This document shows, one piece after another, positions 1 through 9,072 of a stretch of 64,000 bases of DNA (position 1 is the stretch's first letter; each line of letters begins with the position of its first letter). Under the pieces are notes generated by a model. The model was given only the letters and a program-made list of their open reading frames with translations. It was not told where the DNA came from and ran no database searches. The stretch covers positions 451,781 through 515,780 of the forward strand of contig CAWCUS010000004.1 in assembly GCA_963798845.1 (NCBI GenBank), written 5' to 3'. The translations under genes and the position numbers were made by a program. The DNA comes from an uncultured Gemmatimonadales bacterium (GTDB lineage Bacteria; Gemmatimonadota; Gemmatimonadetes; Longimicrobiales; RSA9).

Positions 1-2
1 AC

Positions 3-2363
3 GACGCGGCCGGCGTGGGGAGGTCCCTCGTCGCCAGGCTCCAGAAGCGCGGCGTGACCACGCTCGTGGTGGATGACGCCCCGTCCGCGGACGTGCTCGC
101 CGCGCGGCTGACGGCGTGGCATGCCGACGGTCCGGTCCGCGGCCTCTACTGGCTGCCCGCGCTGGACGTGGTGGACGACGCGACCCTGCGCGACCCGGTA
201 GCGCGCAGGGAGGCGGTGCGCGCGCGCGTGAGGCTGCTGTACACGACGCTGAGGACCCTGTACGACGGTCTGGGCGCCGCGGGTACGTTCGTGCTCACGG
301 CCACGCGGCTGGGAGGGCGCCACGGCTATGACGAAGAGGGTGCGGCCGACGTGCTCGGCGGGGCCGTGGCCGGGCTGACGAAGTCGTTCGCGCGCGAGCG
401 GCCGGATGCGCTGGTGAAAGCCGTGGATTTCGCACCCGGGGCCAGGGCGGCGGAGCTGGCCGATGTCCTGATCGACGAGACGCTGCGGGACGGCGGCGCG
501 GTGGAGGTCGGCCATGCCCTCGGCCGTCGGTGGACCGTCGGCCTCGAGGAACGCCCCGTCGAGCCGGGGAGTGCGCTGCCCGGCCGCAATGGGGTGTGGG
601 TGGTCACCGGCGCCGCGGGGAGCATCACGTCCGCGATCCTCGGAGACGTGGCCGCCGGTGGCGGCGAGTTCTGGCTCCTGGACCTGACCCCGGAGCCGGA
701 CGCGTCGGACCCGGACCTGGCTCGTCTGAGCACGGACCGGGACGGGCTCAGGCGCGACGTGTTCGCCCGCCTGAACGCGGCCGGCGAGCGCGCGACTCCC
801 GCGCTGGTCGAGAAGGAGCTGGCGAAGCTGGAACGCTCTGCCGCCGCCCTCGCCGCCATCCGTGCGGTGGAAGCGGCCGGTGGGACGGCGCACTGGCGCG
901 CCGTGGACCTGCGGGATGCGGACGCGGTCGGCGCGGTGATGTCGGAAGTGGTGAGGTCGCGGGGCAGGGTGGACGTGCTGGTGCACGCCGCCGGTCTCGA
1001 GATCAGCCGGGCGCTGCCGGACAAGTCGCCGCAGGAGTTCGACCTGGTGTTCGACGTGAAGACCGAGGGCTGGTTCAACGTCCTTGCCGGGCTCGGCGAC
1101 GCGGAGCTGGGCGCCGCCGTCGTCTTCAGCTCGATCGCCGGCCGCTTCGGCAACGCGGGCCAGGCGGACTACAGCGCCGCCAACGACCTGCTGTGCAAGG
1201 CAGTCTCGTCGTTCCGGAACCGGCGCCCGGACGCCCGGGGCGTCGCCGTGGACTGGACCGCGTGGGGTGGCATCGGAATGGCGAGCCGCGGCTCCATCCC
1301 CGCGATCATGAAGTCGGCCGGGATCGACATGCTGGAGCCGGCGGCCGGGATCCCCGTGGTACGCCGCGAGCTGTCGGCCGGCGTGCGCGGCGAGGTGGTG
1401 ATCGCGGGCTCGCTCGGCGTCATGCTCGAGGAGAGGATCGCGGCAGGCGGGGTGGAGCATGCGGTCGCGGACGGCGCCGGCCCGATGACCGGCCGCATCG
1501 CCGGCTTCGGTGTCCACGAAGGCCTGGTGGTGGAGACGCTCCTGGACCCCGGGATCCAGCCCTTCCTGGACGACCACCGCATCGACGGCATTGCCGTGCT
1601 CCCCGGCGTCATGGGCATCGAGGCCATGGTCGAGGCCGCGTGCCTCCCGTTCCCCGGGCTCCGGGTGGCGGCGGTGGAGGACGTACGCTTCCTGGCGCCG
1701 TTCAAGTTCTACCGCGACGAGCCGCGCACCGTGACCGTCCGCGTCCACCACGACCTGGCCGGCGACGACGTCCTGGCCGATTGTGTCCTGCTCGGCACCC
1801 GCACGCTCCATGGCCGCCCCGAGCCCGAAGTCACCGCGCACTTCGTGGCCCGGGTCCGGCTCACCTCTTCGCCCGCCGACCCGCCGACCTCGCGGGCGCT
1901 GCCGCCGGCGGCCGAGACGATCGGGGCCGACGCCATCTACGACGTCTATTTTCACGGACCTGCCTATCGCGTGCTCGGGGAGGCGTGGCGCGCGGGCAAT
2001 GCGATGGTGGGGCGGCTCGCGAGCCGGCTCCCGCCGAACCACCAGCCGGCGACGCTCGCGACGCTGGCCTCGCCCCGCCTGATCGAGCTCGCCTTCCAGA
2101 CTGCCGGACTCGTCGAGATCGCGGACGCGGCGCGAATGGGGCTACCCCACAGCGTGGACTCCGTGGTCCCGACCCGGCACGGGGACGGTGACCTGGAGGG
2201 CGCGGCGGCCCTGCTCCTCCCCGGTGACCCGGAGCGGGGTCACGACCTCGACGTGGTGGCGGCGAACGGAACCGTCCTGCTCTCGATCCGCGGCTACCGT
2301 ACCGCGGCGCTCCAGTCGCCCGTGGCGGCCGGTGTATTCCCGGCGCTACGGGCGGGCGCATGA
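3..2363 (+). CDS. C-terminal part of a type I (PfaA/Hgl-like, probably iterative) polyketide/fatty-acid synthase: KR domain plus terminal dehydratase domain; 5' end lies outside the window
   Basis: KR motifs VTGAAGSIT, VHAAG, FSSIAGRFGNAGQADYSAAN; DH motif FLDDHRIDGIAVLPG; frame open to the window edge; followed by a PPTase. Confidence 0.85.
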   Translation, partial: DAAGVGRSLVARLQKRGVTTLVVDDAPSADVLAARLTAWHADGPVRGLYWLPALDVVDDATLRDPVARREAVRARVRLLYTTLRTLYDGLGAAGTFVLTATRLGGRHGYDEEGAADVLGGAVAGLTKSFARERPDALVKAVDFAPGARAAELADVLIDETLRDGGAVEVGHALGRRWTVGLEERPVEPGSALPGRNGVWVVTGAAGSITSAILGDVAAGGGEFWLLDLTPEPDASDPDLARLSTDRDGLRRDVFARLNAAGERATPALVEKELAKLERSAAALAAIRAVEAAGGTAHWRAVDLRDADAVGAVMSEVVRSRGRVDVLVHAAGLEISRALPDKSPQEFDLVFDVKTEGWFNVLAGLGDAELGAAVVFSSIAGRFGNAGQADYSAANDLLCKAVSSFRNRRPDARGVAVDWTAWGGIGMASRGSIPAIMKSAGIDMLEPAAGIPVVRRELSAGVRGEVVIAGSLGVMLEERIAAGGVEHAVADGAGPMTGRIAGFGVHEGLVVETLLDPGIQPFLDDHRIDGIAVLPGVMGIEAMVEAACLPFPGLRVAAVEDVRFLAPFKFYRDEPRTVTVRVHHDLAGDDVLADCVLLGTRTLHGRPEPEVTAHFVARVRLTSSPADPPTSRALPPAAETIGADAIYDVYFHGPAYRVLGEAWRAGNAMVGRLASRLPPNHQPATLATLASPRLIELAFQTAGLVEIADAARMGLPHSVDSVVPTRHGDGDLEGAAALLLPGDPERGHDLDVVAANGTVLLSIRGYRTAALQSPVAAGVFPALRAGA

Positions 2364-3220
2364 TGGCCGGCGCATCGTACGCGGGCGCCCGGGCCGGACC
2401 CACGTCGGGTGGCGGGGCGCCCCGCCTCCACGAGGTCGTCGCCCGCGAGGCCGACGTCCCCGCGGACGCCGGCTGGCTGACGGACACGGAGCTCCAGCTG
2501 CTGGTGGCGTTCCGGATACCGAAGCGACGGGACGACTGGCGGCTCGGCCGGTGGGCCGCGAAGCGGGCGGTGGCCGCCGCCCTGGGCCGCCCGACGGGGG
2601 CGGCGAGGCGGGGGATCTCCGCGGCCACCCTCGGCCGCATCGAGATCCTGAGGGCCGAGGATGGGGCGCCGGAGGCTCGGGTCGAAGACGTGGAGGCGCC
2701 CGGCCGCGCGCTGGCCCTGTCCATCAGCCACAGCCATGGCACCGCGTTCGCCGCGGCCGCCGTGGGCAGTGGCGCGCTGGGCGTGGACATCGAGGCCGTC
2801 GAGCCACGAAGCGACCGCTTCGTAGCCGATTACTTCACGGCCGACGAGGCGGCGCGCGTCCGCGCCGCGTCGGCCGCCGATCGCCCGCTCCTCGCGAACC
2901 TCACGTGGGCGGCCAAGGAAGCGGCCCTGAAGGCGCTGCGCACCGGACTGCGCCTGGACACCCGCGCCGTGGTGGTGGAGCGGATCGGGGCGGCCGAGTT
3001 CACCGTCAGGATGCCCGGCGGCGCGTGCTGGGACGGGTCCTGGTGCGAGGCGGACGGGCTGGTCCGGACCATCCTCTGGGCTCCGGTGTCCGCCTCCAGG
3101 GCCGCCGACGCGGGCGAGGCGCAGGACAAGGCCTGGCCCTCGCGGTCGGCCCCGGATGGCCGCTGGTCGATCGTGGACGACAGGTCGCACAGGAGTCCCA
3201 CTGCTCCCGAGCTGGCGTAG
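2360..3220 (+). CDS. 4'-phosphopantetheinyl transferase (Sfp-type)
   Basis: ISHSHG, LGVDIE and WAAKEAALKAL motifs; ATGA overlap with the PKS stop. Confidence 0.9.
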   Translation: MMAGASYAGARAGPTSGGGAPRLHEVVAREADVPADAGWLTDTELQLLVAFRIPKRRDDWRLGRWAAKRAVAAALGRPTGAARRGISAATLGRIEILRAEDGAPEARVEDVEAPGRALALSISHSHGTAFAAAAVGSGALGVDIEAVEPRSDRFVADYFTADEAARVRAASAADRPLLANLTWAAKEAALKALRTGLRLDTRAVVVERIGAAEFTVRMPGGACWDGSWCEADGLVRTILWAPVSASRAADAGEAQDKAWPSRSAPDGRWSIVDDRSHRSPTAPELA

Positions 3221-3363
3221 ACACCCCGGGCTCGGGGCATCCCCGCAGGGCCGATCGGGCTCGCCCGTCCGTTCCGCCAGCCGCTGGACCGGTGGCGCGG
3301 ACCAGCCCACATTGATCGCAGGACGGCCGCAGGGCCGGACGCACGGATCCCACAGGAGAACCG

Positions 3364-6300
3364 ATGATGAGGTCGAACCGGATCGGAGTCGCCGCCCCAG
3401 GGGCCGCCGCGACTCCGCTTCTCGTTGCGGCGCTGCTGGTCCTGGGCGGCGCGAGCTCGCTGGCTGCGCAGACCAGGCTGCTGCGCTTCCCCGACATCCA
3501 CGGCGACCAGGTGGTCTTCACCTACGCGGGGGACCTCTGGACCGCCGGCTCCGACGGCGGCACGGCCGTGCGCCTGACCGCCCACCCGGGGCAGGAGCTG
3601 TTCGCCAAGTACTCGCCCGATGGCAGGTGGATCGCGTTCACCGGGCAGTACGACGGCGATGAGCAGGTCTACGTCGTGCCCGCCGGGGGCGGCGTCCCGA
3701 AGCAGCTCACCTACTACCCGGCACAGGGTCCGCTCCCGCCGCGCTGGGGCTACGACAACCAGGTCTACGGGTGGACCCCGGACGGGAAGGGGATCCTCTT
3801 CCGCTCGATGCGAGACAGCTGGGACCTGGCGAACCAGCACCTCTACGTGATCTCGATGGACGGGGGGCTGCCGCAGCAGCTGCCGATGCCGCGCGCGGGT
3901 GCGGGGACGCTGTCGCCGGACGGGAAGACCGTCTTCTACTCGCCGCTCTTCCGCGATTTCCGCGCGTGGAAGCGTTACCAGGGCGGCTGGGCCGAGGACC
4001 TGTGGACGTTCGATCTGGCGAGTCACGAGGCGAAGAACCTGACGGACGACGTGCGCACCGACCGCGACCCCATGTGGATCGGCGGCCGCCTCTATTTCGC
4101 CTCGGACCGCACGGGCACGCTCAACCTCTACTCGATGGCCGCGGATGGCGGCGACCTGAAGCAGCTCACCAGGAGCACGAGCTGGGACGTGCGCTGGCCC
4201 AGCGCTTCCGAGGACGGGCAGATCGTCTACGAGATGGGCGGCGAGCTGCACGTGTTCGACTCCGCTTCCGCCGCGGACCGCAAGCTGGACATCCGGGTCC
4301 CCGATGACGGCGTGGCCTGGCGTCCCGTGCACAAGAGTGTCTCCCGGTGGGTCGAGGACTTCGGCCTCGCCCCCAAGGGGCAGCGCGCGGTCTTCATCGC
4401 CCGGGGCGACCTCTTCACCGCTCCCATCGAGCACGGCGCCACGCGCAACCTTACCCACAGCTCCACCTCGCACGAGAAGGGCGCGGCCTGGTCCCCGGAC
4501 GGCCGCAGGATCGCATTCATCTCCGACCGCTCGGGCGAAGAGGAGCTCTACCTGGTCGACCAGGACGGATCCGGAGAGCCGGAACAGCTCACGTCCGACG
4601 GCGACGTCATGCGCTACGGCCCGCAGTGGGCGCCCGACGGCAAGAAGCTGTCGTTCTCCGACGCCCGCGGACGGCTGTGGGTCCTGGACCTCGCCAGCCG
4701 GAAGAGCACGCTCGTCGCCCGTGACTCCAGCGGTCGGCTGTTCGACCAGAGCTGGTCGAACGACGGGCGCTGGCTGGCCTTCTCCCTCAATGACGCCGCC
4801 GGGTTCCGATCGCTCTACATCTGGGGCGTGGGCGAGGACGCGCCGCACCGTGTCACGAGCGACCTCACCAACGACTACGAGCCCGTCTTCGGCGCCGACG
4901 GCGACTACCTCTACTTCCTCAGCGACCGCGAGTACGCGCCGCAGATCAGCAACGCGGAGTGGAGCTTCGCCACGACGAAGAGCACGGGCATCTTCGCGCT
5001 GGCACTGCGCAAGGACGTCCCCGCGCCCTTCCCGCCGCAGAGCGACGAGGTCGAGGTGGCCGGTGCCGATGAGGCACCCGCGAAGGCCGGCAGCGCGCCG
5101 GAGAAGAAGGCGGCAGCCTCGCCGGTGAGCATTGAATTCGACGGCCTGGCAGACCGCTTGGCGCCGGTCCCCGTCGACCCCGACAACTATGGCGGACTCA
5201 ACGCCGTGGAAGGGAAGCTCGTGTACGTGCGCGCGCCCGCGTTCTTCTACGGGCGCGACTCGGGCGACGAGCCGGCGCTGATCACGTTCGACCTGAAGGA
5301 CCGCAAACCCTCCACGCTCGCCGAGGGCGTGCGCGGATACGCGCTGTCGCCCGACGGAACCAAGCTGCTCGCACGCCAGGGGCGGGGGTTCACGCTCTAC
5401 GACGTCGCCAAGGGGGAAGGCTCCAAGAAGACCGTGTCCACAGACGGCCTCGAGGCCGACGTCGTACCGAAGCAGGAGTGGAACGAGATCTACGACGAGG
5501 TCTGGCGCCGGTTCCGGGACTTCTTCTACGTCCCGAACATGAACGGCTACGACTGGAAGGCGCTGCGAGAGCAGTACCGTCCGCTCCTCCAGTACGTGGG
5601 CGATCGCTCCGACCTCGACTACGTCCTCAACGAGATGATCGCGGAGCTGAGCAACTCCCACACGTACATCTCCGGGGGCGACCACGACCTGCCCGAACGG
5701 GCCGACGTGGCTTTGCCCGGGGCCCGATTCGAGCTGGACCCGGAGGTTGGACGCTATCGCATCGCCGAGATCTTCCCGGGCGACAACGCCGAGGCGGAAT
5801 ACCGCTCGCCGCTGACCCAGGTGGGCGTGGATGCCCGCGTCGGCGACTACGTTCTGGCGATCGACGGCCAGGAGCTGAAGGCGCCCGACAACCCGTACCG
5901 GCTGCTCCGGAACCGGGCCGACCACCCCGTCACGCTGACGCTGAACGGCAAGCCCGGCCCGGAGGGCGCGCGCCCGGTGTCGTTCCAGCCGCGCACGGCC
6001 GAGGACAAGCTCATCTACTACGACTGGGTGAAGCAGAACCGCGAGCGCGTCGCGAAGATGACGGACGGCAAGGTCGGCTACATGCACCTGCCGGACATGG
6101 GCGCCGAAGGCATCCGCGAGTTCGTGAAGTGGTACTATCCGCAGATCCGCAAGGAAGGGCTGATCGTGGACGACCGCGGCAACGGCGGCGGCAACATCTC
6201 CTCCATGGTGATCGCGCGGCTCAGCCAGCAGCTCCTGGCCAGCGGGTACTCGCGCAACGACGAGTATCCGTCCACCTACCCCCGTGGGCCCATCTTCTAC

Positions 6301-6681
6301 GGCTCGCTCGTGGCCCTGCTCGATGAGACGTCCGCCTCCGATGGTGACATCTTCCCCGCCATGTTCAAGCAGGCCGGTCTCGGCCCGCTCGTCGGCAAGC
6401 GGTCCTGGGGCGGCGTGACCGGCATCACGAACCACGGCCCGCTCATCAATGGCGGCACCGTCAACGTCCCCGAGTTCGGCTTCATCGGCGTGGACGGCTC
6501 CTGGATCATCGAGGGTCACGGCGTCGACCCGGACATCGTCGTGGACAACGACCCCAAGTCCGTGCTGGACGGGCGCGATCCCCAGCTGGAGCGCGCCGTC
6601 CAGGAAGTGCTGAAGGAGATGAAGGAGAATCCCAAGCACCTGCCGGCCCGGCCGACACCGCCGGTTCGAACGGGGCAGTAG
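3364..6681 (+). CDS. Tricorn protease homolog (peptidase S41; beta-propellers, PDZ and catalytic domains), secreted
   Basis: Signal peptide; RLLRFPDIHGD start; PD40-like SPDG repeats; DDRGNGGGN, TSASDGDIF and GKRSWGG motifs; AGGAG RBS. Confidence 0.95.
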   Translation: MMRSNRIGVAAPGAAATPLLVAALLVLGGASSLAAQTRLLRFPDIHGDQVVFTYAGDLWTAGSDGGTAVRLTAHPGQELFAKYSPDGRWIAFTGQYDGDEQVYVVPAGGGVPKQLTYYPAQGPLPPRWGYDNQVYGWTPDGKGILFRSMRDSWDLANQHLYVISMDGGLPQQLPMPRAGAGTLSPDGKTVFYSPLFRDFRAWKRYQGGWAEDLWTFDLASHEAKNLTDDVRTDRDPMWIGGRLYFASDRTGTLNLYSMAADGGDLKQLTRSTSWDVRWPSASEDGQIVYEMGGELHVFDSASAADRKLDIRVPDDGVAWRPVHKSVSRWVEDFGLAPKGQRAVFIARGDLFTAPIEHGATRNLTHSSTSHEKGAAWSPDGRRIAFISDRSGEEELYLVDQDGSGEPEQLTSDGDVMRYGPQWAPDGKKLSFSDARGRLWVLDLASRKSTLVARDSSGRLFDQSWSNDGRWLAFSLNDAAGFRSLYIWGVGEDAPHRVTSDLTNDYEPVFGADGDYLYFLSDREYAPQISNAEWSFATTKSTGIFALALRKDVPAPFPPQSDEVEVAGADEAPAKAGSAPEKKAAASPVSIEFDGLADRLAPVPVDPDNYGGLNAVEGKLVYVRAPAFFYGRDSGDEPALITFDLKDRKPSTLAEGVRGYALSPDGTKLLARQGRGFTLYDVAKGEGSKKTVSTDGLEADVVPKQEWNEIYDEVWRRFRDFFYVPNMNGYDWKALREQYRPLLQYVGDRSDLDYVLNEMIAELSNSHTYISGGDHDLPERADVALPGARFELDPEVGRYRIAEIFPGDNAEAEYRSPLTQVGVDARVGDYVLAIDGQELKAPDNPYRLLRNRADHPVTLTLNGKPGPEGARPVSFQPRTAEDKLIYYDWVKQNRERVAKMTDGKVGYMHLPDMGAEGIREFVKWYYPQIRKEGLIVDDRGNGGGNISSMVIARLSQQLLASGYSRNDEYPSTYPRGPIFYGSLVALLDETSASDGDIFPAMFKQAGLGPLVGKRSWGGVTGITNHGPLINGGTVNVPEFGFIGVDGSWIIEGHGVDPDIVVDNDPKSVLDGRDPQLERAVQEVLKEMKENPKHLPARPTPPVRTGQ

Positions 6682-6732
6682 CCGTTGCGCCCTGGGGCGG
6701 CGAGGCCGCCCCGGGCCACGCGACGCAGCAGC

Positions 6733-6809
6733 CCCGGGGAGCCGGCCCGGGGAGCCGGCCCGGGGAGCAGGCCCGTGAGCCGGCCCGGGGAGCCGGCCCG
6801 GGGAGCGGG
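6733..6809. repeat. Tandem array of six 13-bp units, consensus CCCGGGGAGCCGG (one 12-bp variant)
   Basis: Units start at 6733, 6746, 6759, 6772, 6784 and 6797. Confidence 0.9.
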
Positions 6810-6841
6810 CGGGGGGCAGGCCCGCCCCTCCGGGCGGCCGG

Positions 6842-6978
6842 TCGCCATCGTCCGAAATCTCTCCATCCGGAGAGATCGTGGCGGCGGCCAATCTATCGTA
6901 AAGCCAAGATATACAATAAGTTGTAGCGCTTCACTTGATGTAATGGATCTCTCCATGTGGAGCGATTCTCGACGGCGA
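6842..6978. repeat. ~137-bp element with imperfect ~35-bp terminal inverted repeats, each containing a 20-bp palindrome, around an AT-rich core
   Basis: ATCTCTCC-ATCC-GGAGAGAT (6857-6876) and ATCTCTCC-ATGT-GGAGCGAT (6947-6966); outer TCGCCATCG (6842) versus CGACGGCGA (6970-6978). Confidence 0.75.
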
Positions 6979-7088
6979 AGAACGACGCCGGCCACGGCGA
7001 AGAACGACGCCGGCCACGGCGAAGAACGACGCCGGCCACGGCGAAGAACGACGCCGGCCACGGCGAAGAACGACGCCGGCCACGGCGA
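6972..7088. repeat. Perfect tandem array of five 22-bp units ACGGCGAAGAACGACGCCGGCC plus a 7-bp partial unit
   Basis: Identical units at 6972, 6994, 7016, 7038 and 7060; no spacers. Confidence 0.95.
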
Positions 7089-7127
7089 CGTTGTGACCGC
7101 GACGCGTACCTGGTTACCTTGCGCGCC

Positions 7128-7616
7128 ATGGCGATCAGACTCTTCGTGACCGGCGGCACGTTCGACAAGGAATACGACGAGATCCGGGGTCGGCTCTTCT
7201 TCCACGACACGCACCTCCCGGAGATGCTGCAGATGGGGCGGTGCAGGGTGGAGGTGGAGATCCGGACGCTCATGATGGTGGACTCGCTCGACATGTCCGA
7301 GAGCGACCGAGAGCTCATCGCCCGGCAGTGCCGCGACAGCCCTGAGGACCGGATCGTCGTCACCCACGGGACGGACACCATGGTGGACACTGCCGCCGTC
7401 CTGGCGCGCGCGGTGCCGGGCAAGACCATCGTCCTGACCGGCGCAATGATCCCGATCGCGTTCGGCAGCTCGGACGGCCTCTTCAACCTGGGCGGTGCGC
7501 TCACAGCCGTGCAGATCCTGCCGCCCGGCGTGTACGTGGTCATGAATGGGCGCGTGTTCGACTGGGACCGGGTGGGCAAGAACCGCCAGACCGGGATCTT
7601 CGAACGCGTCGACTGA
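7128..7616 (+). CDS. Short L-asparaginase-domain protein (N-terminal domain only)
   Basis: VTGGTFDK and VTHGTDTM motifs; ATG at 7128 lies after the repeat array. Confidence 0.88.
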   Translation: MAIRLFVTGGTFDKEYDEIRGRLFFHDTHLPEMLQMGRCRVEVEIRTLMMVDSLDMSESDRELIARQCRDSPEDRIVVTHGTDTMVDTAAVLARAVPGKTIVLTGAMIPIAFGSSDGLFNLGGALTAVQILPPGVYVVMNGRVFDWDRVGKNRQTGIFERVD

Positions 7617-7663
7617 TCGCCCGTCTTTCCCACACCGGCGACAGACGACATCGCTTCGCCGGC

Positions 7664-8683
7664 TCAACCCTGGTTTTCGTGGAGCCGCGGGGCGAGGACG
7701 CGCCACGCCACGAGCGCGGGGATGCTGAGCGCAATCTCCCGGAGGCGCTTCACGAGGGATACGGCAACGCCGGTCGCGGCGGCCAGCCCGACGAGCCGTG
7801 CGCCGAGGAGGTAGCCGCCCTCTTCCGCCCCCATGCCGCCGGGGATCATGAAGCCGGCGTTCGCGGCCGCCTGCCCGACGCTCTCCATGGCCACGAGGGC
7901 GGCGGGGGCCAGCACGTGGCCCGTAACGTAGAGGATGAGTCCGATCTCCACCGCCCCGAACGCCCAGGCGAGAAAGCTCCAGAAGGCGCTGAACGCCAGC
8001 GGCGTCCGCTTCTGGTAGATCTCGGAGAAGCAGGCGTCCACGCGGGCGAGGTTGCCTGACAGCCGGAGGAGCGCGTCTCGCTCCGTCGCCTCCTCCACCT
8101 TCCGCGCCAGCCGTATCAGGAGCCCGCTGCGCTGCACGACGTAGAAGACGCCGAACGCCGCGGCCAGGCCCGCGCCGGCGGCTTCGAGGCCCGCGGCCGG
8201 CGCGCCCTCCTCCAGCACGAGCAGCGCCACGCCGATCGCGATGAAGCCCACGAGCGTGAACAGCCGGATCGTCATCTCCACGACGATGACGGCGCTGGCC
8301 ACCGCGCCGTCGATCCCCTGCGCGGCCTGCAGGTCCGCGCGCACGAACGCGCCGCCGATTCCGGCCACCGGGAGCAGCGAATCGACCGAGTCGCTGAGCC
8401 AGCGCAGCGCGAACAGCTCGCGGAAGGGACGTCGCACACCCTGCGCTCGCAGGAGGGTGCCCCAGGAAGCGGTCTTGAGCGCGTACTCCAGCGGATGCAG
8501 CGCCGCGATCGGGATCAGCCACAGCCCGGCCCCGAGAACGAGCCTGAGCACGGCGGTCGTGTTCGCCAGCAGTACGAGGGCGACGAGAGCGAACGCCCCC
8601 GTCAGGAACAGGACGGCCGTCGAGATCCTCAGCTTCAGCGCGACCCGGGGTACCTCCGATTCCGGCCCTGTGACTGCCTCCAT
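7664..8683 (-). CDS. hpnL: HpnL-like hopanoid-associated membrane protein (lysylphosphatidylglycerol synthase TM/flippase-like family)
   Basis: Multi-TM protein; LLPVAGIGG, FMIPGGMGAEEGGY and SLVKRLRE motifs; divergent from shc. Confidence 0.75.
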   Translation of the reverse strand: MEAVTGPESEVPRVALKLRISTAVLFLTGAFALVALVLLANTTAVLRLVLGAGLWLIPIAALHPLEYALKTASWGTLLRAQGVRRPFRELFALRWLSDSVDSLLPVAGIGGAFVRADLQAAQGIDGAVASAVIVVEMTIRLFTLVGFIAIGVALLVLEEGAPAAGLEAAGAGLAAAFGVFYVVQRSGLLIRLARKVEEATERDALLRLSGNLARVDACFSEIYQKRTPLAFSAFWSFLAWAFGAVEIGLILYVTGHVLAPAALVAMESVGQAAANAGFMIPGGMGAEEGGYLLGARLVGLAAATGVAVSLVKRLREIALSIPALVAWRVLAPRLHENQG

Positions 8684-8801
8684 GAACTGGTTCAGGAGGC
8701 AACAGCCGTTCCACGATCGCAGCAGCGGGCTTCCGCCTTTCGCGTGCGGCTCGAATCGGCGGCGAGGCGTGTAGCTGTGGCCGGGACCGTGTGGTGAGGG
8801 T

Positions 8802-8818
8802 CTGGCGTATGGTTTGCA
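8802..8818 (+). promoter_or_regulatory. Putative sigma54 (-24/-12) promoter for the shc operon
   Basis: CTGGCGTATGGTTTGCA fits TGGC-N7-TTGCW with canonical GG-N10-GC spacing, in the intergenic region and oriented toward shc. Confidence 0.6.
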
Positions 8819-9072
8819 TTGACTCCGGCCGCACAAGGAGAGTAGCCGCTGCAGCATACGGGTGAGTCCCTGCTGCTGCTGCTGCTGCGAAAGCACCCGC
8901 CGAGCGGCGGCGCGCGCAACGGCCCGAATGGGGCCGTGAAGCGACGTCCGGAGCCGGTGCCTGGCGTCCGGGACACGTTGCCCGGACGCTTCGTATTTCG
9001 GGGGCTGCTGCACGATCGGGCTCGCGGCTCCCGAGACAGGCGAGCCGGGATCTGGACGAGGAAGGAGGATCG

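Noticed and set aside
2830..6891. 1353-aa minus-strand ORF and many other long alternative-frame ORFs
   Set aside because: These are shadows of real genes in high-GC DNA, with few stops and no recognisable motifs.
6899..6926. Canonical chromosomal dif site
   Set aside because: The central hexamer matches but both arms fit XerC/XerD consensus poorly; kept only as part of the symmetric-element finding.
6972..7088. CRISPR array
   Set aside because: The repeats are directly adjacent with no spacers, and no cas genes are in the window.
6957..7127. Repeat-encoded N-terminal extension of the asparaginase-like protein
   Set aside because: The 22-bp unit is not a multiple of three and gives a frame-rotating peptide; the family motif begins right after ATG 7128.
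8845..8910. Hammerhead ribozyme in the shc leader
   Set aside because: GAAA is present but the CUGANGA core is missing.
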